A stretch of DNA of 64,000 bases from Cetorhinus maximus (lineage: Eukaryota): NCBI RefSeq assembly GCF_964194155.1, contig NC_135887.1, forward strand, positions 29,264,001 to 29,328,000, written 5' to 3'. Below are positions 21,656-34,860 of the stretch, one piece after another. How positions within the stretch are numbered: the stretch's first letter is position 1; each line of letters begins with the position of its first letter. The notes under the pieces were generated by a model. That model ran no database searches and was not told where the DNA came from. It saw nothing but the letters and a program-made list of their open reading frames with translations. A program made the position numbers and the translations under genes.

Positions 21656-23090
21656 ATATGAACATGGAGCAGGAGTAGCCCACTCGGCCCTCCAAGCCTG
21701 CTTTGCCATTCAATAAGGTCATGGCTGATCTGATTGTAACCTTCTGCCTACCCCTGATAGCCTTTCACCCCCTTGTTAATCAAGAAACTATCCAGCTCTG
21801 CCTTAAAAATATTCAAAGACCCTGTTTCCACTGTCTTTTGAGGAAGAGAGTTCCAAAGACCATGACTCTCTGAGGGAAAACAATTCTCCTCACCTCTGTC
21901 TTAAATAGGTGACCCCCTTATTTTTAAACCATGAGCCCTAGTTCTAGATTCTCCCACAAGAGGAAACATCTCCACATCCACCCTGTCAAGACCCCTCAGG
22001 ATCTTAAAGGTTTCAATCAGGTAATCTTTTGCTCTTCTAAACTCCAGTGGGATACAAGCCTAACCTGTCCAGCCTTTCCTCATAAGAGAATCCACCATTC
22101 CCATTATTAGCCTAGTAAACCTTCTCTGAACTGTTTCTAACGCATTTACATCTTTCCTTAAATAAAGAGACCAGTGCTGTACGCAGTTCTCCTGATGTGG
22201 TCTAACCAGTACCCTGTACAACTGAAGCATAACCTCCCTACTTTTGTATTCAATTCCCCTCGTAATAAACAATAACATTCTATTAGCTTTCCTAATTACT
22301 TGCTGTGCCTGCATACCAGCCTTTGGTGATTCATGCACTAGGACACCCAGATCCCTCTGAATCTCAGAGCTCTGCAATCTCTCACTATTTAGATAATATG
22401 CTTCTTTTCTTCCTGTCAAAATGGACAATTTCACATCCCCCCCACCCATAACCTATGTCACTTTGTAGCCCCTTACGTCCTCTTCGCAACTTACTTTCGT
22501 ACCTGTCTTTGTGATGTCAGCAAATTTAGTAACCACACCATCCATCTGTCCCTTCATCCAAGTCATTTATATAAATTGTAAATTTTGAGTTGAGACCCCA
22601 GCACTGGTTCCTATGGGACACCACTTGTTACATCCCACCAATCAGAAAAAGAACCATTTATGGCTACCCTCTGTTTCCTGTTAGCTAAACCAATTTTCCA
22701 TCCATACCAATATGTTAACCCCTACACCACAAGCTTTTATTTTCCACAATAACCTTTGATGTTGCACATTCTCAAATGCCTTCTGGAAATCTAAGTACAA
22801 TGCATCCACCAGTTCCCCTTTGTCCACAACACATGTGACTTCTTCAAAGAACTCTAATAAATTAGTTGAACATGACTTCCCCTTCACAAAACCATGTTGA
22901 CTCTGCCTGATTGCCTTGAACTTATCTAAGTGCCCCGCTTTAACGTCTTTTATAATAGCTCCTAACATTTTCCCTATAACATATTTTAAGCTAACTGGCT
23001 TGTAGGTTCCTGCTTTCTGTCGCCCTCCCTTTTTGAATAAAGGAGTTACATTTGCTATTTTCCAATCTAATGGAACCTTCCCTGTTCCCA
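21656..23090 (-). mobile_element. CR1 LINE, 5'-truncated (RT to 3' end)
   Basis: DWKIANVTPLFKKG, SQHGFVKGKSC, YLDFQKAF and QRDLGVLVH motifs. Confidence 0.93.
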
Positions 23091-23667
23091 TGTTCATATG
23101 TTCCTATGGGCAAAGTCAATATTTTAAAATTCAACATTCTTCCCCATTTAATGTATGTATTTCAAATGTTCTTGTCTGTATTCTCAATCCCACCTCTAAT
23201 TAGATTGGAAAATTCTACAGTGGGGAAAGTTGCTGGCTGGAACATGGTTAAAAAACGTCTGCCTCAGGAGAAGAAATAAAAGCACGAGCTCCACGCTCCA
23301 GAAATTCTGTTGTCCCGTGATCTGTACCAAGTGATATTGTACTCCAATTATGGCCAACTTGAAATCCTTAACTGTTATCACCATGCATATGTTAGCTTCA
23401 ATAATTTCTCACCATTTTTCTGCTAGAAACTATAGCAAAGGTTTGGCCCAGCTTAGATTAATGGGTAAGGCATTGCCTCTCCATACCATTGAGAGCTTGA
23501 CTGTTCTTTCCGATCTCTGGTGTACCTGACCTGGGGTGCTTGATGAATTCACGGAGTGCAGAATAGTTATATTGCTGAGCATCTATTCATTGCAGCAAAC
23601 TAAAACTCTTAAATTCCTAATAGTTAATACTGTATAATTAAGGACACATGTAAATGATTAAATTTAA

Positions 23668-23805
23668 AAATGCAAAACACTGCAGATGCTGGAAATCTGA
23701 AGTAAAAACAAAACGCTGGGAACCCTCCACAGGTCAGCAAGCATCTGTTGAAAAAGAAACATAGGATTAACTTTTCAGGCCAATAACGTTTCATCAAAGC
23801 TGGAA
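23668..23805 (-). mobile_element. Penelope-like terminal fragment with decayed hammerhead remnant
   Basis: actgcagatgctggaaatctgaag...; minus strand TTGATGA...GAAA near 23770-23800. Confidence 0.6.
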
Positions 23806-24294
23806 GATGTTACAAAGTAAGTATTACTAAGTAGAGCAAGGCCTTGTAATCTAGTGCAGAAACTTGGGCAACATCAAAAAGAGAGGAACAACAACTGAAT
23901 ATTAATAAGATGCAGATGCTGAGATGGATGAGTGGAGTAATGAAAAAGGACAAAATCAGGAACCAGCACATCAGGGAGTCCGTGAAGATTGTAGGAGTAT
24001 CGAAGGAAATAGCTAAGAGATTAAAATAGTATGGTCATCTGTTATGGAGCGAGAGAGAGAAAATGTGATGCAAGTGATGGAGATGGGACTGCTGGGAAGA
24101 AGGTAAAGAGGAAAGCCTCAGACCAGATGGAAAGATGTGGTGATGAGATACTCAAATGCAGTAGGATTGGAAGAAGATTGGGTGACTGATGGGAGGAAAT
24201 GGAGAAGGGTGATCAACCAGCATTGTGGCTGTAAGTAAAATGGGAAAAGCAAAAGAAGTAGAGCTGGGGAAACGGACAAAGGAGATGGTTAAAT

Positions 24295-24905
24295 GATGGA
24301 AGTTTCTCCGTCTCCATCGCATCTGCTTTGACGTTGCCACCTACCTCAAGAGTTTCCAAAATGTCCTTTTTCCTCAGCTGGGATTCCTGTTCTCAATCCC
24401 CTTGCCCCACCACTGCTTGAATGTGTCCATCCCATTTCCTACATTTACATCCTTACCCCTTAACTCCCTCCCATACAATAGTCCTCACCTTGCAACCCAC
24501 CAGCTTCTGCATTTTCCACCACTCCCTGTATGATTCCAACACCAAACACATCTTCCTACTCCCTCTTGTCCCCATTCAGCTTCCTCTGACAACCTGGTCA
24601 CCCTCAACCCCTTCGTTGCCACCATCCAGAGCCCCAAATGATCCTTCCAGGTGAGATTATTTTACTTGTACTTCAACTTAGTATACCATGTGTGCAGCTA
24701 TCATTGTGGTTTCCCCTACATTGGGCAACCAATTGGGTAATTGCTTTGCTGAACATCTCCATTCTATCTCCAAGTGTGACCCTGAGCTTCCGGTTGCTTG
24801 CCTTGTCATTCTAAAAAATTTTTTGTCCCCCTGCAACTCTGACCTTGGAGTCCTACTCTGTTGCAATGTAGTTCAAAATGAGCTTGACGAACAGCACCTC
24901 ATTGT
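24295..24905 (+). mobile_element. Penelope-like element ORF remnant (RT C-terminus and GIY-YIG endonuclease)
   Basis: tttctccgtctccatcgcatctgc (FLRLHRIC) and ORF 24688 LGNCFAEHLHSISKCDPELPVAC, matching the R..EH..S...PVA.HF pattern of PLE GIY-YIG domains. Confidence 0.75.
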
Positions 24906-24974
24906 GGCTGTGACTCGGGATCTTTATAATTCACCAGAACGGGCAGAAAAGGCCTACGCCTATATTAGCTATGA

Positions 24975-25250
24975 TTTAGTTGGTAGCAATCTCCGCTTTA
25001 AATCAAAGGCAGTGGGTCTAAATATCATTCCAGAGCACGTGATCTAGGCTGACATCCCATTGCAGTACTGAGGGAGTGCAGTACTTTGGATGAGACATTA
25101 AACTGAGGCCCCTCCTATCCTATTGTGTAAAGAATCCCATGCCACAATGCAAAGAGTAGGGCTGTTCTCTATGTCCTGACCAATATTTTTCCTTCAACAT
25201 CATTAACAAGAGATTATTTGGTCATTTCTGTTTGTGGGATCTTACTGTGC
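24975..25250 (+). mobile_element. Deu-domain SINE
   Basis: tctaggctgacatccc...gtactgagggagtgc...tttggatgagacattaaactgaggcccc. Confidence 0.7.
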
Positions 25251-25254
25251 AAAT

Positions 25255-25505
25255 GGTGGGTACACCACCACCTGTAAGTTCCCCTCCAAGCCACACATCA
25301 TCCTGACTTGGAAATGTATTGCCATTCCTTCACTGTCGCTGGATCAAAATCCTGAAACTCCCTTCCTAACAGCACTGTGGGTGTACCTACACAACATGGA
25401 CTCCAGCGATTCAAGAAGGCAGCTCACCACCACCACCTCAAGAGCAACTAGGGATGGACAGTAAGTGCTGGTCCAGCCGGCGAAGCCCTCATCCCATGAG
25501 TGAAC
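25255..25505 (+). mobile_element. Family B LINE 3' end
   Basis: caccaccacctgtaagttcccctccaagccacac...ctccttcctaacagcactgtgggtgtacctac, as at 14800-15044. Confidence 0.85.
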
Positions 25506-25514
25506 ATATTCTTA

Positions 25515-25860
25515 GGGGGCATGACAAGGTAGATGTTGAGAAGTTGTTTCCCCTTGTTGAGTCTGGGACCAGAGGGCATCATCTCAGTAAGAGGTTGCCC
25601 ATTTAAGACAGAAATGAGGAGGAATTTCTTCTCTCTGAGGGTGGTCAATCTGTGGAATTATTTGCCGCAGAGGGCTGTAGAGGCTGAGTCGCTAAGTATA
25701 TTCAAGGCTGACATAGACATTTTTAGTTAGTAAGGCAGTCAAGAGTTATGGGGAAAAGGCAGGAAGGTGGAGTTGAGGATCATCAGATCAGCCATGATCT
25801 CACTGAATGGCGGAGGAGACTCGATGGGCTGAATGGCCTGCTTCTTCTCTGTCTTATGGT
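25515..25860 (+). mobile_element. CR1 LINE 3' fragment
   Basis: FKTEMRRNFFSLRVVNLWN motif; tail gaatggcctgcttc. Confidence 0.85.
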
Positions 25861-26399
25861 CTAAATGTATATGGCCCGACTAATGTAAATAATGGAGCTG
25901 TTTGAATGAACAAAACATCACTTCAGAAAAAGGAGTTTGTGGGGCATAACTTATTACAAAATTACAACAGAATAGACTTATAAAAACACTAACCTATTTC
26001 CTGGATAAATTTACCTTTTTTAAAGAAGTCCCAGAAACCTCTTTGTACCACAATAATGCTCCAGTAATTTCACCTCAGATTGAGAATTTCTTCTACCTCT
26101 GCAGATTTATAACACTAGTCCCATGCTCCCTTCCCTTCATCATTCCATATTTTCTAGAAGGGTATGTATCTACCTGCATCAACTGGATCCCTCTGCTCTT
26201 CCTTGTACTAGTTTGTCAACTCTTTGAACAAAGTATCCAACCCAACTGCTGTAGTAATTTCCATAAAATTTCTTGGGAGCACAAGATTGATGGAAAACAT
26301 GGTTACAATTATTCAATTGTGAGACAACGTTACCGTGAAGTCAGGAACGATCTGTGCAACAATGCTGAGAAGAGCATGAATTAAAACGGATCATGTTAC

Positions 26400-27660
26400 T
26401 TCACAGAATCAGAGAATTGTTGCCACACAAAATGAGGCCTTTCGGGCCATCGTGCCTGCACTGGCTCTCCATAGGAGCAATCTATCTAGTACCACTCGCC
26501 TGCCTTCTCCCCTTGCCCTGCACATTCTTCCCTTTCTGATCACAAAACAATTTCTTCTTCAATGCTCAACTGAACGTGCCTTCATCACACTCTCAGGCAC
26601 TGCATTCCAGATACTAACCACTTGCTGCGTGAAAAAGTTTATCCTCATGTTGCCATTGCTTCTTTTACCTATTGCCTTGAATCTGTGTCCTCTTGTTCTC
26701 AATCCTTTCACCAATGGGAACAGTTTTCACCTATCTACTTTGTCCAGGCCCCTCATGATTTTGAGCACTTCTGTTAAGAACATAGGAACAGGAATAGGCC
26801 ATTCAGCCCATCAAGCTTGCTCCTCCATTCAATACAATCACGGCTGATCATCCACTTCAATGCCTTTTCCCCACACTATCCCCATAACTCTTTATGTCAT
26901 TGGTATTTAGAAATCTGTCAATCTCTGCTTAAGGCATACTCAATGACAGCTTCCACAGCCCTTTGGGGTGGAAAATTTCCAAAGATTCACAAACCTTTGG
27001 GTAAAAGCATTTCTTCTTATCTCGGTCCTATGTGGCTTCCCCCTTATTTTGAAATTGTGTCCCCTGGTTCTAGACTCCCTAACCAGGGGAACATCTTATG
27101 GACTTACCCTGTCTATCCCTTTAAACATTTTGTTGGTTTCAATGAGATCACCTTTCATTCTTTGAAACTTTAGAGAATACAAGCCCAGTTTCACCAATCT
27201 CTCTTCATAGGACAGTCACAGAATTGTTATGGTGCAGGAGGCAGTTATTTGGGCCATCGTATCTGCACTGGCTCTCTGAGCAATTTAACTTAGTGCTAAT
27301 ATCCTGCCTTTTCCTCGTAACCCTGAACATTGTTTCTATTTAAATAATCATCCAATGCCCTCTCAGTTCCACCATCCTGGGAACAAGCTTGGAGAACCTT
27401 CGGTGCACTCCCTCTATGGCAATAATATTCTTCCTAAGGTAAGGGACCAAAACTGCACACGGTACTCCAGGTGTAGTCGAACCAAGATCCTATACAATTG
27501 AAGCAAGACTTTACTACTCCTGTGCTCAAATCCTCTTGCAATAAAGGCTAACATACCATTAGCCTTCCTAATTGCTTGCTGTTAGTGTTCAGTGATTTAT
27601 TGACGAGGACACCCAGATCCCTTTGTAAATCTACACTTTCTAATCTCTCACTATTTAAGA
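26400..27660 (-). mobile_element. Mosaic of at least three nested CR1 3' fragments
   Basis: Reverse CR1 tails restart at about 26400, 26775 and 27215; RT-region remnant at 27365-27660. Confidence 0.8.
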
Positions 27661-28116
27661 AATATCAAATCTCTCAATTTCTCCAAGGAAAACAACCCCA
27701 ATTTCTTAACAGCAGCTCATTCCTCAACCTGCTCAATTGGATTACGCATTTTGTTTTTGCAGATTTGTATTGCTATCACGCTTCTAATCTTTATAATTGC
27801 ACAGTTCATTTTACGTGCCTTGGGCAGTTAAATCTCCTCCGCCTGATTAGGGCTATTACAATAAAAGTTTTGTCACGAAGTTTCGTTTCTTGGCTCGCAC
27901 CTGACACCAGCCGTCAACAGAGGGTGCAGGCCGGAGCGGGACCTCATGGGATTTGTAGTTCCCAGCTGGCGAACCGGATATTAAACCTCAGGTGACGCCG
28001 GCCGGAAGGAACTACAATTCCCAGAATGTAGTGCGGCCGCTGACACCCTGGAGACGGGGAGGAAAACAGTGGGAGGGCGGAGCTTCGATCGGAAAGTTAT
28101 CGGCGTGTGTTTTGCA

Positions 28117-28134
28117 CCCCCCCCCCCCCCCCCC
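28117..28134. repeat. C18 homopolymer 41 nt upstream of the DTX2 ATG
   Basis: 18 consecutive C. Confidence 0.9.
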
Positions 28135-28175
28135 TCAAGTCTCGCACACCATTAACTCCGGGCGGACAGGAAGAT

Positions 28176-28503
28176 ATGGCAGCTTCGGCTCACGGAAACG
28201 GAGGGGCAGCTGCCGGCGGAGGCCTCGGTGCCAGTGGCTCGGGTTTCTCCGTCGTCCCCTTCCTGATGCCGGGCTCCGGGCCGGCCCTGGGGCCGCTGGT
28301 CGCCGTCTGGGAGTGGGAAGACGAGGCGGGCCGCTGGAGGCCGTACAGCAGCCGGGTGAGCGAGCACATCGAGCGCAGCCTCCTGATGCTACACGGAGCG
28401 GCGGCCAAAGGAGCAAGCAGCATCTCTCTGGGCCAGGCCGACCCCAGGCTGGCACCGTACATCATTGATATCCCCACACTCACCCAGTTCCGCCAGGACA
28501 CAG
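28176..28503 (+). CDS. DTX2: Deltex E3 ligase DTX2, coding exon 1 (WWE1)
   Basis: gatATGG start; VAVWEWEDEAGRWRPYS...ISLGQADPRLAPYIIDIPTLTQFRQDT; G|gtaagg donor, phase 1. Confidence 0.92.
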
Positions 28504-29029
28504 GTAAGGCACTCCCCCAAAACTGGCATTGCCAAGATCACAGCACAACCATCATTGCTATCCATAGACATACTTATCATTAACCTTCTTAATTATAATT
28601 CAAACAACTTTTGGTATTGTTACCTATTAATAGTTCATTATCAATAACTAATCATTTACTCCAACTGCAAATCTATTCGCTTAAAATATTTGACTTATTT
28701 CTCCTCAACATTACCTTGCTGATTTAAATCTGAGAAACGGTGTTTTGTTTTCAACCCCAAAAGTGTGTATTTGTTTGTAGTTCGTTTCTCCCCACGGCAT
28801 CAAAAAAGAAACTTAAGTACTAGTGTTCTACCAACTTGGAGGTTAAAAACCTCCCGAAGCACCATAATTCATTTTGGGCTATCTAAACTAATGCACTCAT
28901 GAATTTTATCCTAAAATGGATATTTAATAGGCGTTGTGGCACAGTGGATGGTAAATGCTGAGCTGTTTAAATCCCATAGGGATACTTGAAACAACAGCCA
29001 CAAATATTTTACAATTTGTATTTATTTTG

Positions 29030-29350
29030 AGTTGTGTGACTTGAATTCAGTAGTAATAAGACCACCAAGCCTTCTAGGTTTCTTACAAAACTAAATTAAA
29101 CTTTTATTAATTTAAAAAAATGATTTTAAGCACATACATGGGTTTACAAACCACTACTATGATAACTCTTAGCCCCCCAATTAATCTAATTCCCAGCTAC
29201 ACTTCTGTTAAGGCAACAGTAAAACATAGATTTTAAAAGACCCAGGCAAAGTAACACAATACCCTGAACAGTCAAATTCAAAGTGAGTTTTCTTCTCTTC
29301 AGTTCCTGTAGACAGCAACTTGAGGCTTAGAAGCTGGAGGCTTTTCACAC
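29030..29350 (-). mobile_element. Possible LTR fragment
   Basis: Reverse polyA signal (cttttatt) near one end and LTR-like composition; no TSD found. Confidence 0.3.
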
Positions 29351-29649
29351 ACTGGGGGGGGGGGAATAATTTGGCTTACCCATTGAAGCAAAAGACAATA
29401 TCAGACTTAGAAAACTTTATGCAAGCAGGTTGTCTCTGGTTGGATGAGGGAAAAAAATAGCTGTCTTAGTTTTCCTCCATTTTGTGTTGAAATGACCATA
29501 TATTTAGGTTGGTGTGAAATAGTTAATAGGTTGCATTTATAGATTGGGTCTGTTTTACTGAGGCGTTAGATTGTGAGAAAGAACTTAAATTTTTATAGTA
29601 ATTTTCATGTCATTGACATCTTTGCATTACTTTCGGCATTTAATCATTC

Positions 29650-29940
29650 TTGTTGACAAACACAGCAGCAAACTTGCACCCAGAAGAGTCCCGCATGAAT
29701 GGCCTTTAATTTTTGATGGAATTGAAGGATATATATTGGCTAGGATTTAGGGCAAATTTCACTGTTCTTCAAGAGGGAAGACAAAGGCCTCAAGTTTAGC
29801 GCCTTAATCAGAAGGCAAAACCTCTGCCATAGTCCGTCAGTACGACATCTAATTGTCAGCCTAAATTGTGTGCTCAAATCCTGTTGCAGGACTTGATCCC
29901 AAAGCTTTCTGACTTGAGAAGTGAAGATGTTGCCACTAAA
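29650..29940 (-). mobile_element. Degenerate Deu-domain SINE
   Basis: ggcctcaagtttagcgcc...tgtcagcctaaattgtgtgctcaaatcc...gctttctgact is the reverse of the 7464 family. Confidence 0.5.
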
Positions 29941-30408
29941 CTAAGTTGACATGATAAGTGGGCTGCTGGTTCTATAAAGGGTGCTGAAACTTTTTTTTTG
30001 TAGAAATATAGGAATTATTGGAACTGATTAGCTCCAAAAATAGTTGGAAATCTGCACAGGGGATATTTCCGCCTCTAGAACTCATACTACACAGAGTTCA
30101 ATGTGACCTTTAACACTGGTTGCTGAGGCATATATTGTAGATTATGGGAACTGTGGCTTGTCTGTTGGTTGCAAAACAGAATTTGTCTTTTTTTGATTTC
30201 CATGATCACTAAGGTCAAATCTTATCACACCTGACCTTAGTTTCACCCTATTATGCCATCTGATCTACCAAAAAATAAATTCACAAATCATTTGTCTTAT
30301 AAATTTGTATTTTAAATTAGGTACTGTCTAGCTTTTGATCTGTTAAGTAAACTGGCCAGATTGGTTCCAACACTGTTTCTGGTAATATATTTCTCCTGAG
30401 ACCAACTG

Positions 30409-31570
30409 TTTTTATTCATTCATGCGATGTGAGCATCGTTGATGAGGCCAGCATTTATTGCCCATCCCTAACTGCCCTTGAGAAGGTGGTGGTGAGCTGC
30501 CTTCTTGAACTGCTGCTATCCATGCGGTGTAGGTACACCCACCGTGCTGTTAGCAAGGGAGTTCTGAGTTTTTGACTCCGTGACAATGAAGGACAGCGAT
30601 ATAGTTCCAAGTCAGGATGATATGTGACTTGGAGAGAAACTTGGAGGTGATGTTCCCTTGCATCTGCTGCCCTTGTCTTAAAGGCCATGACTTTGGAAGG
30701 TGCTGTCGAAGGAACCTTGGCAAGTTGCTGCAGTGCATCTTGTTGACTGATGTCACTATATGCTGCTGGTGGAAGTAGTCAATGTTTAAGGTGGTGGATG
30801 GGATGCCAGTCATGAAGGCTGCTTTGTGCTGATAGGTATTGAGCTGCTTAATTGTTGCAGCTGCACTCATCCAGCCATGGAGATAACATTCCACCGCACT
30901 CTCTTGTCTTGTGCCTTGAAGATGGTGGACAGGCTTTTGGGAGTCAGGTGAGTTATTCGCTGCAGAATTCTCAGCTTTTGATCTGCGCTTGTAGCCACAG
31001 TATTTATATCACTGGACAAGTTAAGTTTCTGGTCACTGGTGACTCATAGGATGTTGATAGTAGGGGATTCAGCGATGCTAATGCCATTAACCATCAAGGG
31101 GAGGTGATTAGATTCTGTCTTGGAGCTGGTCATTGTCCAGCACTAGGTGTGGCGTGAATGTTACTTGCCATATATCAGCCCAAGTCTGAACTTCTCCAGG
31201 TCTTGCTGCATATGGGCATGGACTGCTTCAGTATCTGAGCAGTTGCAGTGCGCAATCATCAGTGAACATTCTGATTTCTGCGAACGCCATCACTGAAGCA
31301 GCTGAAGATGGTAGGCCAAGGACACTACCCTGAGGAACTCTTGTAGCGATGTCCTGGGGTTGAGATGATTGGCTTCCAAACTCCACAACCCTCCATTGTG
31401 CTAAATATGTCTTCAACCAGTGGAAAGATTTCCCCCAATTCCCATTTATAATTTTGCCAGGGCTTCTTGAGGCCACACCTGGTCAAATGTTGTCTTGATT
31501 GCAAGGGCAATCATTCTCATCTCACTATTGGAATTAAGCTCTTTTGGCCATATTTGGAATAGTGTGGTAT
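30409..31570 (-). mobile_element. Family B LINE, 5'-truncated
   Basis: tttattcattcatgcgatgtg...ccagcatttattgcccatccc; reverse VPQGSVLG and MFTDDC motifs. Confidence 0.88.
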
Positions 31571-31629
31571 TTATGTTCCCAACGCAATTGATAACATGCC
31601 AAGCTTCCACTTTTTTCCTGCACACCAAG

Positions 31630-33181
31630 CCTGATAATCTACATCACAGAGCACTAAAGGAAGTGGCCTTAGAAACAGTGGATGCATTGGTGGTCACCTT
31701 CTGAGATTCTATAGACTCTGGAACAGTTCCTACAGATTGGAGGGTAGCTAATGTAACCCCACTATTTAAAAGGGGAGGCAGAGAGAAAATGGAATTATAG
31801 ACCAGCCAGCCTGACGTCGGTAGTGGGGAAAATTCTAGAGGCCATTATAAAAGATTTAATAGCTGAGCACGTGGAAAACAGTGGCAGAATCGGACGGAGT
31901 CAGCATGGATTTACGAAAGGGAAATGATGCTTGACAAATCTACTGGAAGTTTTCGAGAATGTAACTAGTAGAGTTAATGAGGGGGAGCAAGTGGATGTGG
32001 TTTATTTGGACTTTCAGAAGGCTTTCGACAAAGTCCCACATAAGAGATTGGCGTGTAAAATTAAAGCACATTGGATTGGGCGTAGTGTATTGAGATGGAG
32101 AGAAAACTGGTTGGCAGACAGGAAACAAAGAGTAGGAATAAACGGGTCTTTTTCCGAATGGCAGGCAGTGACTAGTGGGGTACTGCGGGGATTGGTGCTG
32201 GGACCCCAGTTATTCACAATATATATTAATGATTTAGATGAGGGAATTAAATGTAATATCTCCAAATTTGCAGATGACACAAAGCTGGGTGGGAGGGTGA
32301 GCTGTGAGGAGGATGCAGAGATGCTTCAGTGTGATTTTGACAAGCTGAGTGAGTGGACAAATGCATGGCAGATGCAGTTTAATGTGGATAAATGTGAGGT
32401 TATCCACTTTGGTAGCAAAATCAGGAAGGCAGATTATTATCTGATTGGCTATAGGTTGAGAGAGGAGAATGTGCGACGAGACCTAGGTGTCCTTGTACAC
32501 CAGTTGTTGAAGGTAAGTATGCAGTTTCAGCAGGCGGTAAAGAAAGCAAATGGTATGTTGGCCTTCATAGCCAGTGGATTCGAGTACAGGAACAGGGATG
32601 TCTTGATGCAATTGTACAGGGCCTTGGTGAGACCACACCTGGAGTATTGTGTGCAGCTTTGGTCTCCTTATCTGAGGAAGGATGTTCTTGCTATAGAGGG
32701 AGTGCAGCAAAGGTTTACCTGACTGATTCCTGGGATGGCGGGACTGACAATTGAGGAGAGATTGAGTCGATTAGGATTATATTTGCTGGAGTTCAGAAGA
32801 ATGAGGGGGGATCTCATAGAAACCTATAAAATTCTAATAGGACTAGACAGGGTAGATGCAGGAAGGATGTTCCCGATGGTGGGGGAGTCCAGAACCAGGG
32901 GTCACGGTCTGAGGATAAGGGGTAGACCACTTAGGACTGAGATGAGGATAAATTTCCTCACCCAGAGAGTGGTGAGCCTGTGCAATTCTTTACAATATTT
33001 TGGGGTCAACTACTTTGTGGTATGTTTTCAAGAAGGAGTTAGATATAGTCTTGGGGCAAAAGGGATCAAAGGGTATGGGGAGAAAGCGGGATCAGGCTAT
33101 TGAGTCGGATGCTCAGCCATGATCATAGTGAATGGTGGAGTAGGGCCGAATGGCCTACTCCTGCTCCTAGTTTCTATGTTT
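31630..33181 (+). mobile_element. Young CR1 LINE, 5'-truncated
   Basis: 263-aa RT ORF with YLDFQKAFDKVPH and SKFADDTKL; canonical 3' tail. Confidence 0.96.
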
Positions 33182-33514
33182 CAACCTCTATTCTTATTGG
33201 AGACTGAAAAGCAGCTATTTTTGGGCTTTGTGGAATTCTCCTTTAAGCCAATATGACTCACCGCATTTGTAAGAGAAGTGAGTCATGATGGTTAATGGGG
33301 TAATTTCAGAGCCTGAAATTGGCTGTATTCCAACTCCAGGATCAAGCTGTTCTTAGGAGGGCATTTCATCTCCCAACTGGCCCTCATTTTAAAAAAAACT
33401 CCTAACTTCTTTTGTTTTCTTGACATTTTATGCCCTCTAGTTACTGATCCACTAATCAGTGATAATACCACCTGACTTGTCAATTTTGATTCCTATCAGA
33501 TTTCCTTTTGACCC

Positions 33515-34450
33515 AATTTCATAGAATCATAGAATGGTTGCAGCACATAAGGAGGCTGTTCAGCCTGTCATGTCACTGCTTGCTCACTGTTAGAGTAGCT
33601 CGCGTCGTCCCACTCTCCAGCCTTTTCACTATAGCCCTACAAATGTTTTCTCTTCAGATAAATATCCAGTTCCTTTTAGAAAGCCATGATTGAACCTGCC
33701 TCAACCAAACTCTCAGACAATGCATTCCAGATCCTGACCACTCACTAATAAAGTTTTCCCTCACATCACTTTTGGTTCTTTTGCTTTTTCACGTTTAATT
33801 ATTGTCCTCTCATTCTCAACTCTTCCACCAACGGGAATGTTTTCTCTCTATCCACTCTGTATAGACCTGTCATGATTTCGAACACCCCTATCTAAATCAT
33901 CTGAGGAGACTAGCCTCAGCTTTGCCAATCTGCCCAATTAACCGAAGTCTCTCATTTTTGGAACAATTTTTGTAAATTTGTCTGCACCTTCTGCAATGAC
34001 TTCATGTCCTTCATAAAATATGGCATCCAGAATTGAACGCAATACTCCAGCTGAGGCAGAACCAGTGTCTTTATAAAGAATCATAACTTCCTTGCTGTTG
34101 TAATCTATGCCTCTATTTATACACACAGAATCCTGTGTGCCTTATTAACTGCTTTCACAACCTGCTCTGCCACCTTCAATGATGTGTGCATACACCTCCA
34201 GGTCCCACTGCTCCTGTACCCCATTTCAAATTGTACTCTTTATTTTATCTTACCTTTCCTCATTCCTCCTACTGAAATATATCATTTCACACTTTCTCTG
34301 CTTTAATTTCATCTGCCATGTGTTAGACCATTCCCTCAACCTGTCTATATCCTCTTGAAATCTATTACATTCTCTTCACAGTTCACAATACTTCTAAGTT
34401 TTATGTCATCTGCAGATTGTGCTCTGCACACACAGATCTAGGTTATTGAT
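33515..34450 (-). mobile_element. Old CR1 LINE fragment
   Basis: catagaatcatagaatggttgcagcacataaggaggc tail; gtcatctgcag (reverse ADD motif) near 34405. Confidence 0.75.
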
Positions 34451-34544
34451 TTTAATGGAGGTGAACATTACCACTTTGCTTTCATTCTTTGCATTGTTTT
34501 ATTTATTGTCTATAAATCCTTCCATGGTCTTCTCTACCCATCTG

Positions 34545-34860
34545 CAGATTGTTCCAGCCTTACAAATCCCTATTGAGCATGCCTTTCTTCTGATTCTGAG
34601 CTTATGTTTATACCCTCTCTCTTCCCCTCATTTCGTCATAGGTGCAAGATCCTTCAGCAGCCTTGGTTCTACTCCCTTGAGCTCTCCTCTTAGACATTTC
34701 TGCACTCCTTTTAAATGCTTCTCAAAACCCATCTCCCCAACCAAGTCTGTTACCTCTTCTAGTTTCTTCCTGGCTGAGAATCCATTTCAGTTTCTCACCA
34801 TCTATAAAGTATCTTGGAATGCTACACTGTGATAAAGGTGCAATACAAATTCATGTTGCA
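34545..34860 (+). mobile_element. L2-type LINE 3' remnant
   Basis: ccttcagcagccttgg...ataaaggtgcaatacaaat, reverse counterpart of the 44918 element. Confidence 0.45.

Larger units (their letters stand above)
27880..28510 (+). promoter_or_regulatory. CpG island promoter of DTX2 with two divergent ACTACAnnTCCCA (ZNF143/THAP11-type) motifs
   Basis: actacaattcccagaatg at 28011 (+) and tgggatttgtagt at 27947-27959 (-); ETS-like ccggaag at 28002. Confidence 0.8.

Noticed and set aside
27992-28583. Several overlapping ORFs on both strands at the DTX2 5' end
   Set aside because: Expected in GC-rich sequence with few stop codons; only the WWE frame has protein-family support.
31931-32722. 263-aa reverse transcriptase ORF as a host gene or active element
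   Set aside because: 5'-truncated CR1 with stops on both sides; many related decayed copies in the window.
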